From: Podarcis melisellensis
Lineage: Eukaryota
Assembly (NCBI GenBank): GCA_964234715.1
Contig: OZ174283.1
Strand: one strand, 5' to 3'
DNA: 64,000 nucleotides
How positions within the stretch are numbered: the first letter of the stretch is position 1; every line of letters begins with the position of its first letter. The notes beneath the pieces were generated by a model that saw only the letters and a list, made by a program, of their open reading frames with translations, was not told where the DNA came from and did not search any database. A program made the translations under genes and the position numbers. Positions 25,525 through 34,914 of this stretch are shown piece by piece.

Positions 25525-25595
25525 CTATAAATAGTAAAATTATCATTAGGGAATGGGACATCCATATTTTCATCTGAGAAATGTTGGAGGGTATG
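25224..25595. mobile_element. Composite MITE (CAGACCCTCC...GGAGGGTATG) carrying an L2 3' tail
   Basis: Terminal inverted similarity. Right-end motif GAAATGTTGGAG(A/G)GTATG occurs twice (25344-25360, 25578-25595). Internal 25381-25490 matches the L2 3' end at 21299-21405. Confidence 0.65.
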
Positions 25596-27065
25596 CAATG
25601 GAATAGGCAGGTGCACTGGGTGCTTGACACAGTCACTCCCAACCAGCCTATCCAGCACTGAGGAGTTTGTTCTGCATTTCTGTATACCATTTCTCGGAAT
25701 GATTTGATCTTATTTGGGAAGAACCAGATTAATTGAGCTCCTTAAGACTAATTTCCTATTTTAGGAAGATTTCCCCTGCCTATGAGAAAATGTCTGCGGT
25801 AGAGAACTGTGTCTTAACACTCTATTATTTTTATTGTGTTTGTGTGATCTTTTTGGATTTCCCCCTAGTTTTAAATGGGATGATGGAACTGTATGCCTCT
25901 ATATGCTTTGTGAGCTAACTTGAGGTTGCTGATGGGAAGTGTGGTAGCAATCTAATTCCCCATCAACCCCAGTGACATAGGTGGATCTGAGCAAGATTGG
26001 TAGGTGCAACCCTATTTTAGTAAATAGTACAGAAAAATCCAATGGAGAATGGGGTTAATTTATTTCAAAATTGGAAGCAAACAAAATGTTTGTCTTCAAT
26101 ATGTTCTGCATAAGAATGTCTCCAAACCTGCGAGACATTTTGAAATGCCTCATAGGATGCTTTTGCCCTCAAATGAACCAAGTGGCTGAGAAAGATAGTT
26201 TTATTTGCATATTTGACTCAATATTCACCTGTAGCTGACACAACAGACCTAAAAGCATCAGCTTTCTCCAGCTTGAAGTGTGAAGCATCTCTGAAATCAC
26301 AGCGTGAGGCTTTCTGAATTAAAGAGATAAATGTGGGGTTGTGCATTAGGTTTATCACAGTAGAAGCTGCAAAAATTGTTTAAAGATCCCTCTCATTTGT
26401 GTGGCTCAGAGCCATTATGCAGAGGAGTAAACAGTGTTTGTCGCAATACACAGATCAATGTTCTGAAAGCCAACACAATTAAAGAAAACCCAGCAAACTT
26501 TAGAGAAAAGAATTAGTATATGAGATTGTTCATATGCTACACAGATGTAGCAAAATGGGGGGAAATGACTTGTTCTTTTCTCTTCAATTCAGTTACGATG
26601 CAGAAAGTGGTATTCTTACATTTTATCTGCCTCTGAGAGCTCTGCTGGCACCCAAGTCATTTTTAGATGCCCTGTTCCATATATTAATGTAGAACAGGTT
26701 TGAGGATTGTGTCCACAAATTTTAGTTTTATGAGGGAGGGAGAAAATATTTTCTCTGTTCTCTCCATACCATGTAAAATTGCCACCTCTTACAAATCAGT
26801 AGATCAGCCTAATACATCAACACAGATGGATCACAACTCAAGGAAAGCCTGGTGAGTGTTAAGCAGCATATAAATATTTAACCATAACTAATAATAATAA
26901 TTACAAACCCGATATGACTACTGATAAATCAGTAGCTATAATAATTACTACTGGAGAAAGCAAATAAAAATCTGTTCAGTTGCAAAAAAACTGGTGTTTT
27001 TTATTGTATATATTGTTTCAATCAATGGATTTATTACAGAGTAATACAGTGCTGTATGTATGTGT

Positions 27066-27067
<2 letters not shown>

Positions 27068-27110
<43 letters not shown>
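27068..27110. repeat. (AC)n microsatellite
   Basis: Perfect dinucleotide run. Confidence 0.98.
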
Positions 27111-27113
<3 letters not shown>

Positions 27114-27228
27114 TTCCATACATTTATCATTTCCTGTGCAGCAGAAACCATGAGGCTTTACTAACATTCTAATATAAATTAGAATGTTGTTGTTTTCATA
27201 GTTATCTTTGAGTCTTCATTTTGAAATA

Positions 27229-27470
27229 CAGTGGTACCTCGGGTTAAGTACTTAATTCGTTGCGGAGGTCCGTTCTTAACCTGAAACTGTTCTTAACCTG
27301 AATCACCACTTTAGCTAATGGGGCCTCCTGCTGCGGCCACGCTGCCAGAGCACAATTTCTGTTCTCATCCTGAAGCAAAGTTCTTAACCCGAGGTAATAT
27401 TTCTGGGTTAGCGGACTCTGTAACCTGAACTGTATGTAACCTGAAGCGTATGTAACCCAAGGTACCACTG
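27229..27470. mobile_element. TcMar-Tigger-like MITE
   Basis: Same TIR. TA TSD. 242 bp. Opposite orientation to the 9774 copy. Confidence 0.9.
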
Positions 27471-28890
27471 TACTGGTCGTGACCATTTTGAACGGGGTTT
27501 TCATTCCTGCCCCCTGTGTACGTTGGCAGGCATGTGTCAATTGGACACGGGCAAAATGGGAAACCGTCTCATTTATTGGCAGCAACCTCCACATTGGGAA
27601 ACCCCCTCCATCCTGCCGACTGTTATTGTTCTCACCAGTCCTGCTTTGCACAAATGTTTTTGCTTGGCTGGAAAGTGTTTCTGAACTCTGTTAATGCTTC
27701 CTGCTTCAATAGAGGATAGAGGAGAATGTGTATGAAGAAAATAGCCTGCTATTTAAAGGTTGTTGTTTTTTTAATCACACTTAACACTCCACTTTTACCA
27801 CTGGCCTGTGGCCCCCAGAACTTTGATCAAAAGGGAATGTGGCCCTCTGTTTGAAAAAAAAGTTTCCCACATCTGCTCTGTCTCAATGGCTACTGCTTCT
27901 GTAGATGGGGCTGGACTTTCAGCTGAATGAGGCCATATCATGCATCATTGTATCTCCAGAAATTACTAAGGACAGGCAGACAGCAGAAGTGGGTCTTAGG
28001 TTTTTGGTGGCAACCTCTCCTCTATCACAGTGCCTGAATCCCACAGCAGAGGGGGAAAGCTACATTTGGTATTTGTCTCTTAGGAGCATAGCAAATTATG
28101 CAGCCAAGAACTAAACTATTCAGTAGTGCAGTACTGTTGCTCATATACTTAGGAAATGCATGTCACACTCTGGCAAATGTCAATGAATATGCCAAAAAAG
28201 AAAATAAATAAACACACACTTCTGTCTTCTGCTGTCTGTTTGATGACAATATTACGCAGCGCTGATTTGTTGCAGCTGCTACTATTATGTGTCAGGATAG
28301 TTTGTCCTATATTGCATGTTACCCTGTTCCTTCTAAAACCAACATTTTTATTTTTATTATCATTTCCGCTCCAAGCTTCTACACCTCTAAAAATTACTGT
28401 AATTTCAAATCTATAATTCATCTTGAAAATATACTCCTGTGGCACTATAAAATCACCTTTTTTCTTTTTTTTACAACAAGGCATTGGGTGTGAGTACAAC
28501 TGTTATCACTGCAGATGCTATAATCAGAAACCATAGTGGTATACATGCCATTATAGCTACAGGTTATTTTTTACAGTCGGGTCTTGCAATTAATCCTCTG
28601 CCCACTCCAGTGACCATTTATGCATCACCAAAATAGAGGGCAAAGGAGGGCTTGAATTTGCATAACATTTGCATACACTAATTTATATTTAGAGATGCAG
28701 ACTTAGAAATAATTGTGAGAATTTAAATCAGGGGTTGGAAGCCTGTGGGCCTCTATATTTTGCTGGACTCCAGCTCCTATCAGCTGCAGAGAACATGGTC
28801 AGGGATAAGGAGAACAAAGGACATGCCAATCTGGTGTGTGGTGCGTTTGCCCTATGCCAGCCTCCCTCCCAACTCTTCCTCCTGATAAAC

Positions 28891-29333
28891 TCTTGGAACT
28901 TTGAAGTGTCAGGCATAGCCCTATTGGCTTTAGCCCAAACGTAGCAGAGTTTTCCTGCACAGCGAAGAAGCTAGTTGCGGCAGTAATGACTAGTCAGCTA
29001 GACTCAGAATAACTATTTACAGGATTTATTAAAAAGGAGAAAATAAAACCAGCAGAGTTTCTGCATACAAATAAAAGCAAAATAAATCCTCTCTTTTCTC
29101 TCTCTCTCAAAACCATACACAGCACTTCTACTCCTAACACACCTCACATCAAACTGAGCTAGCAATCCCTAGTTAAAAGTTGAATGCTGGTCGTTAACCA
29201 ATCAGAGTAAGCAGTTTCTAGGTCAAGCTGACCTGGGCTTTCTGCCAAGAGTAAATTGACACTGCCTTGAGTTAATTGTTTGAAGCCAGAATCTGCAAGT
29301 TTCCCATGAGAATCAATTAACAGAAACTGAACA
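28891..29333 (-). repeat. Copia 3' LTR (443 bp)
   Basis: Direct repeat of 33582-34024. Minus-strand AATAAA at 29025-29030. Preceded by the PPT. Confidence 0.96.
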
Positions 29334-29340
29334 CCCCCTC
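29334..29340 (-). promoter_or_regulatory. Polypurine tract (GAGGGGG)
   Basis: Purine run immediately 5' of the 3' LTR TG on the minus strand. Confidence 0.85.
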
Positions 29341-29386
29341 ACAGATTCTGCTGGACAATTAACATCAAATACACCTATGTAGAAGA

Positions 29387-32300
29387 TCATTTTTCCAGCA
29401 AACCTAAACCCTTGCACATTCGCTTGTTCTTTACCTTTGCCAATGGTTTAGTTAACACATCTGCTACATTTTCTTCACTTGATACATAAGTACAGGTGAT
29501 TATATTGTCTTGTACACAGCAACGCACATTTTGGTATTTTACAGAGATATGTTTAGAACGTGATTTGAAACCCTCTGTTTTACTTAAAGTTATACAAGCT
29601 TGATTATCAATGTAAACTTGTACTGGTTCTCCACAATTTACATTTAAATCTGCTAACAAATGCTTGAAATAAATCACCTCGTTGCACAATTCACTCAATG
29701 CGGCGTACTCTGATTCCGTTGATGACACACTTACAACGTCTTGCTTGCGTGACCGCCAGCTGATTAAAGCTCCACCTACCATTATGACCAGTCCTGTGAC
29801 AGATTTTCTATCCGGCAAATTTCCCCAGTCACTATCACAGAAGCAACTCAACATTTCATCCTCTGAAGAATTTAATTGTAACATATAGCCAATTGTCTGT
29901 TTGAGATACCTCAGAACTTGTTTTACCCCTTTCCAGGCATTTAGTGTGGGTTTTGAGACCAATCTACTTAATATGCCTACTGCATAACCAATATCAGGTC
30001 TGGACCACTGTGCTAGATACAATAAACTTCCAATTACAGAGTGATATACATCAGGATGTTCAAATTCAGGACTCTCATCTGTATGAAGTGTTTTTATGAA
30101 ACCTGGATCCATAGGCACCACTGCCCCTTTGCAATCCTGCATTCTGTATGTAGTCAGTAGTTGTTTAATTTTGTTCTGCTGACTAATTAGGCAGCTGCCA
30201 TCTTGGGCCCAGCACACTTCCAACCCTAGATATGTCCTAACCGGGCCTAAGTCTTTCACTTTGAACTTACTGGACAATTGTTTGGCAAACCTCTTAGTTT
30301 GTTTATCTGTTTTGCAGGCATACAATACATCATCTACATAAATCAGACAAAACTCTTGATCACTGCCTGTACCACGTACATAAACACAATTGTCAGCTGT
30401 ACTCTGCTTGAAACCAAATGACACTAAGGCCTCATGGAAACATTTGTTCCAAGATCTTGCAGCCTGTTTGAGACCATATAGAGCTTTGTTTAATTTTAAC
30501 ACTCTATTGGAACCTGTCTCATAACCAGGCGGTTCGGCTAGATACAGGTCTTCTGATATTGATGCATGTAAATATGCAGTCTGGATATCAAAATGGTTTA
30601 ACAGGAGTTTTCTCTTTGCTCCAAGCGTTAGAATCAGCCTTACACTGTCCCCCTTAGCAGTAGGGGAAAAAGTCTCGTCATAATCTTTTCCAGGCCTCAG
30701 AGAGTATCCTTGAGCCACTAAACGAGCTTTGTATTTGTACTCTCCTGTCACCAGAGGTTTAAGTTTGTACACCCACCTGCAGCCTACAATCTTTGCCCCC
30801 TCAGGCGCTGCTACTGGTGTAAAGACCTTGTGCTCATTCAGAGAGGACATCTCTTCCTCCATTGCCTGTTTCCAGCGCTCTGCCTCCTCTTTTGGTAACT
30901 TTAACACCTCCTGAAAACTCTTGGGTTCTGCAATCACACTAAAAACATTTGCAGTATCAGGAGAAAAACGCACTGGAGGCACTCCTTTGTTTTGTCTTTT
31001 AGATCTTCTGGGAGAAAATTTTTCTTCTGACCCACTTTCCTCTTCAGAACTACGACCTCTCTTTTGTTGCTTAGCAACTGGTCTCTGGCTAACTCCACTT
31101 TCTTGAGAGCTCTTATCTGAACTTTCCTCCCCCTCAGACTCTGACTCCCTGTGTCTACCTTCAGAGTCATGAAGCTCCTGGGAAGGTTCAAACCAAACCT
31201 CAGTATTGCCATGTAGTCTCTCCCAGCCACTATGTTCACAAAAACTGGCATTCCTGGAGATCACAATGCCATTTGTCCCTTCAGCAAAACGGAAACCTTT
31301 TCCCAGCTCCTGGTAACCCACAAACACTAACTGTTTGGTCTTAGGATCTCCCTTCTTTCTCATTTGTTTTGGAATTAATACCCAGGCTTTTGATCCAAAC
31401 ACATGCAAATGGTCAATTTTGGGTTTTTTCTGAAACAATTTAAAGTACGGGGTTGTACCTATTGTTTGATGAAAGAGCCTGTTTTGGAGATAACACGCGG
31501 TGAGCATGCTCTCCCCCCAATAAGACATGGGCAAATCAGCATCATCAAGCATGGCAAACATCATATCTTGCAAAGATCTGTTTTTCCGCTCTGCAACGCC
31601 ATTCTCCTCTGGGGAAAAAGCGTTTGTTTTTCTATGCCCAATGCCACGCTTCTGTAACCAATCTCTAAAGGCATTTGACATAAATTCGCCACCTCTGTCC
31701 ATCTGAATCCTTTTAAGTTTAGTGGACAGAAATCTTTCCACAGATGCCACCCAGCCTTTAAACTTAGTGAACACGTCACCCTTATTCTTCATGGGAAAAA
31801 CCCAAGAGTAACGTGTGGCGTCATCCACAATTGTTAATGAAAAACGCGATCCACCCCTGCTTACAGCAAATGGACCAATTACATCCATGTGAACCAGCTG
31901 TAGCGGTGACTCACTAACTCTGTCACTTCTGGGGTAAGAGACTCTGTGGGTTTTAACCTTTTTACAAACATTACAATCAAGGTACTTGTTACAACTCTTT
32001 AAATCACCCCCATCAGCCAATTCAGACATTTTTAGTACACTTTTCCAGCAAGCATGCCCCATTTTCCTATGCAATAAGTGCACACAGTTGTCATGTATAG
32101 CTTTGTTATTCACTGCAGGCTGAGATTTACTGACTACTGCTGCAACTTGAGATCCTGCTTTAAGCCAAAACAAGCCTCCCTCTGACTTAGCAGTGCCTAA
32201 AATCTCACCAGCCTTCTTAATAATGCAACTGTCTCCTTCAAAATACACTTTAAACCCAGCTTTTAGCAAACAATCTACAGACATCAGATTGCTCCTTAAT

Positions 32301-33346
32301 GAAGGCACACACAGTACATTTTGCAGACATTCACGAAGACAAGGAACAAAAACTGCACCCCCTGAAATCACTTCGGAAGTACTTCCGTCTGCTAGAGCCA
32401 CCTGGCTGCGCTGTGCTGAGTTCTTGGAAACAAACAAGTCATCTGAGTTTACGATGTGGCGAGATGCTCCCGAATCGACCACCCAGACAGCTTGTTTCTC
32501 ATCAGCAATCTTGACCTCGGCGGTCACCAGCTGAGCCGACTGTCTTCGTTTGAAGAATTTCTTTTTCCACTGCTGCTGCTGATCTCGTCTCTGCTCCTGC
32601 ACCGGCAACTGAGACTTGACCAACTCCGGACATTGTCGTTTTAGATGCGCTGAGGACCCACATCGGAAACAACGCCTAACAGCAAACGCTGACTCCTCAC
32701 CGGTACGCTGCTTTTGCTTCACCTCTGGCACGGCATGAGAACTCCTTCCAAACCGCCCGCCTGTAGAAGCCTCTGCAGCCAACGACCTTTCTTGCCTCTT
32801 CTGCCATTCTTCAATCAAATGCCCAGTAACGTAACTGACGGATAAATCACGCTCCTGTATGCCTTCTAGAGACAAAACTAAATTATCCCAGCTTTCCGGG
32901 AGAGAACTCAAAATAATAGCCACCTTCTCCTGCTGGTCTAACGCACAGTCTCTTTCCTGTAGCGCAGTAAACTTTAACTGTAAACTGTGTAGGTGTTCCT
33001 GCATTGTAACCCCAGGCTGTAACATTGCCTTGTACAATGCCTTGCGAATGAACAGCTTGGAAACCGCTGTCTCACGCACATGGAGTTCTTTAAGTGCTTG
33101 CCACACACCTCTAGCTGTCTTGATTCCCCTCACATACGGCAACTGGGAATCTTCCAGCCCCAAGACAATTGTGGCCCTTGCTCTTTGGTCTTTATCGAGG
33201 TCTTCATCATCAGGCTTCGCAGGAAACTTACTCACCACTTGCCAGAGACGATCCCTCTGCAGCACTGCCTGCATGCGTTCCGACCACAGCAAGTAATTGG
33301 AGTCATTCAGACGCTCAAAAGCCATCTGAACTGGTTGTGAGGCCAT
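29387..33346 (-). CDS. Copia gag-pol polyprotein, 1319 aa, uninterrupted
   Basis: Copia Gag N-terminus (LNDSNYLLWSERM), CCHC knuckle CFRCGSSAHLKRQC, protease WVVDSGASRH, integrase HHCC (HRKMGH...CNVC) and DDE (VHMDVIGP, QMDRGGEF, ENGVAERKNR), RT (YKARLVAQG, LYGLKQAARSW, YVDD), RNase H (FCDSDWG, TESEY, YIDNQ, ENVADVLTK). Confidence 0.98.
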   Translation of the reverse strand: MASQPVQMAFERLNDSNYLLWSERMQAVLQRDRLWQVVSKFPAKPDDEDLDKDQRARATIVLGLEDSQLPYVRGIKTARGVWQALKELHVRETAVSKLFIRKALYKAMLQPGVTMQEHLHSLQLKFTALQERDCALDQQEKVAIILSSLPESWDNLVLSLEGIQERDLSVSYVTGHLIEEWQKRQERSLAAEASTGGRFGRSSHAVPEVKQKQRTGEESAFAVRRCFRCGSSAHLKRQCPELVKSQLPVQEQRRDQQQQWKKKFFKRRQSAQLVTAEVKIADEKQAVWVVDSGASRHIVNSDDLFVSKNSAQRSQVALADGSTSEVISGGAVFVPCLRECLQNVLCVPSLRSNLMSVDCLLKAGFKVYFEGDSCIIKKAGEILGTAKSEGGLFWLKAGSQVAAVVSKSQPAVNNKAIHDNCVHLLHRKMGHACWKSVLKMSELADGGDLKSCNKYLDCNVCKKVKTHRVSYPRSDRVSESPLQLVHMDVIGPFAVSRGGSRFSLTIVDDATRYSWVFPMKNKGDVFTKFKGWVASVERFLSTKLKRIQMDRGGEFMSNAFRDWLQKRGIGHRKTNAFSPEENGVAERKNRSLQDMMFAMLDDADLPMSYWGESMLTACYLQNRLFHQTIGTTPYFKLFQKKPKIDHLHVFGSKAWVLIPKQMRKKGDPKTKQLVFVGYQELGKGFRFAEGTNGIVISRNASFCEHSGWERLHGNTEVWFEPSQELHDSEGRHRESESEGEESSDKSSQESGVSQRPVAKQQKRGRSSEEESGSEEKFSPRRSKRQNKGVPPVRFSPDTANVFSVIAEPKSFQEVLKLPKEEAERWKQAMEEEMSSLNEHKVFTPVAAPEGAKIVGCRWVYKLKPLVTGEYKYKARLVAQGYSLRPGKDYDETFSPTAKGDSVRLILTLGAKRKLLLNHFDIQTAYLHASISEDLYLAEPPGYETGSNRVLKLNKALYGLKQAARSWNKCFHEALVSFGFKQSTADNCVYVRGTGSDQEFCLIYVDDVLYACKTDKQTKRFAKQLSSKFKVKDLGPVRTYLGLEVCWAQDGSCLISQQNKIKQLLTTYRMQDCKGAVVPMDPGFIKTLHTDESPEFEHPDVYHSVIGSLLYLAQWSRPDIGYAVGILSRLVSKPTLNAWKGVKQVLRYLKQTIGYMLQLNSSEDEMLSCFCDSDWGNLPDRKSVTGLVIMVGGALISWRSRKQDVVSVSSTESEYAALSELCNEVIYFKHLLADLNVNCGEPVQVYIDNQACITLSKTEGFKSRSKHISVKYQNVRCCVQDNIITCTYVSSEENVADVLTKPLAKVKNKRMCKGLGLLEK

Positions 33347-33571
33347 CTTGAGAGCGATGTCCCTGGAACCCGGAACCAGCTACTCACGACCACCGAGAGA
33401 GAGAACAGGAACCACAGCACCCAGCACTCACACGCTGCAGCTGTTGTCCTTCTGTCCGCTGCGTCACCAGCTCACCACGGTCAGGAACCAGCCAGGAACA
33501 ACAACTTCTGGAACTACTGGAACCAACGCCGTTGATGCTGACACCACCGCAACTCAGGCTGGCAGCACAAT

Positions 33572-33581
33572 GCCCATAACC
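33572..33581 (-). promoter_or_regulatory. Primer binding site GGTTATGGGC, complementary to the tRNA-iMet anticodon arm (half-tRNA priming)
   Basis: Directly abuts the 5' LTR. Plus strand reads GCCCATAACC, as in tRNA-iMet. Same PBS type as Drosophila copia and Ty5. Confidence 0.9.
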
Positions 33582-34024
33582 TCTTGGAACTTTGAAGTGT
33601 CAGGCATAGCCCTATTGGCTTTAGCCCAAACGTAGCAGAGTTTTCCTGCACAGCGAAGAAGCTAGTTGCGGCAGTAATGACTAGTCAGCTAGACTCAGAA
33701 TAACTATTTACAGGATTTATTAAAAAGGAGAAAATAAAACCAGCAGAGTTTCTGCATACAAATAAAAGCAAAATAAATCCTCTCTTTTCTCTCTCTCTCA
33801 AAACCATACACAGCACTTCTACTCCTAACACACCTCACATCAAACTGAGCTAGCAATCCCTAGTTAAAAGTTGAATGCTGGTCGTTAACCAATCAGAGTA
33901 AGCAGTTTCTAGGTCAAGCTGACCTGGGCTTTCTGCCAAGAGTAAATTGACACTGCCTTGAGTTAATTGTTTGAAGCCAGAATCTGCAAGTTTCCCATGA
34001 GAATCAATTAACAGAAACTGAACA
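33582..34024 (-). repeat. Copia 5' LTR (443 bp)
   Basis: Minus strand begins TGTTCAG and ends TTCCAAGA. No difference from the 28891-29333 copy seen by eye. CCAAT box at 33889-33893. Confidence 0.96.
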
Positions 34025-34473
34025 TAAACAACCCAGGAAGTTAGTGAGATGGTTCTGCCCTACCTGTTGAGCTGCTTCTGATATTGAATCCATACTCAGC
34101 GGGGGGCGGGGGGGGGGGCGGGGCAGACTTTGAAGCAGTCACTCATACTTGACTGGTGGTGTCAGGCTGAGGAAGAGCACCTGCAAGAGGAGATTCCTCC
34201 TTGCCCTTCTCTCTGTTCTCACTCAACACCAACGAAGCAACTGCCATTTTGGGCTGGCCGTGCTCGGATATGGAAAAACAGGTTAACTGTTTGAAGTCCA
34301 AATGGGATAGTGGACACCTTTGTCTAAAAACAGGGACAGTTTTTCTAGGGTATGGGTGGCCACCCTAATGCCAGCTGCTTATTGCACTCACTGGAAATCA
34401 TATCTAACCTAGGTTAGATGAACAGGATTAAGGTGTAATTCTTTGTGGTGGTAACTGATGTTACTGAATAAGA

Positions 34474-34687
34474 ACCAGTGTTGTGTAGTGGTTCTAGTGT
34501 TGGACTAGGACCTAGGGGACCAGGGTACAAATTCCCACTCAGCGATTAAATGCACTGAGTAATCTTGGGTCTGTGACTGCTTCTCAGCCTCACCTATGAC
34601 ATAGGGCAGTCATGAGGATAAAATAGAATGGGGAAAGAAGTACTATATACACCATGAACTCCTTGGAGGAAAGAAGGGATATATATG
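34474..34687 (+). mobile_element. MIR/CORE-like tRNA SINE, older
   Basis: CCAGTGTTGTGTAGTGGTT A box, GGGTACAAATTCCC B-box-like sequence, CTCAGCCT core. Confidence 0.7.
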
Positions 34688-34689
34688 TA

Positions 34690-34914
34690 CAGTGGTACCT
34701 CGGGTGAAGAACTTAATTCATTCTGGAGGTCGTTCTTAAACTGAAACTGTTCTTAACCTGAAGCACCTCTTTAGCTAATGGGGCCTCCCGCTGCTGCTGC
34801 ATCACTGCTGCGCGATTTCTGTTCTTACCCTGAAGCAAAGTTCTTAACCGGAGGTACTATTTCTGCGTTAGCGGAGTCTGTAGCCTGAAGTGTCTGTAAC
34901 CCAAGGTACCACTG
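34690..34914. mobile_element. TcMar-Tigger-like MITE (short variant)
   Basis: Same TIR. TA on the left, CA on the right. 225 bp. Confidence 0.88.

Larger units (their letters stand above)
28891..34024 (-). mobile_element. Full-length Ty1/Copia LTR retrotransposon (hemivirus-type priming), 5134 bp
   Basis: Two 443-bp direct repeats flank one gag-pol ORF with Copia domain order PR-IN-RT-RH. 5-bp TSD TAAAC at 28886-28890 and 34025-34029. PBS and PPT sit next to the LTRs. Confidence 0.98.

Noticed and set aside
29286-29350. 9-bp inverted repeat CAGAATCTG/CAGATTCTG bracketing the PPT-LTR junction
   Set aside because: Short, near-palindromic motif. Cannot be distinguished from chance without related elements.
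32859-33635. Antisense ORFs (145, 86 and 95 aa) over Copia gag and the leader, as a possible extra gene
   Set aside because: Mostly shadows of the coding strand. No env-like or other recognisable motifs.
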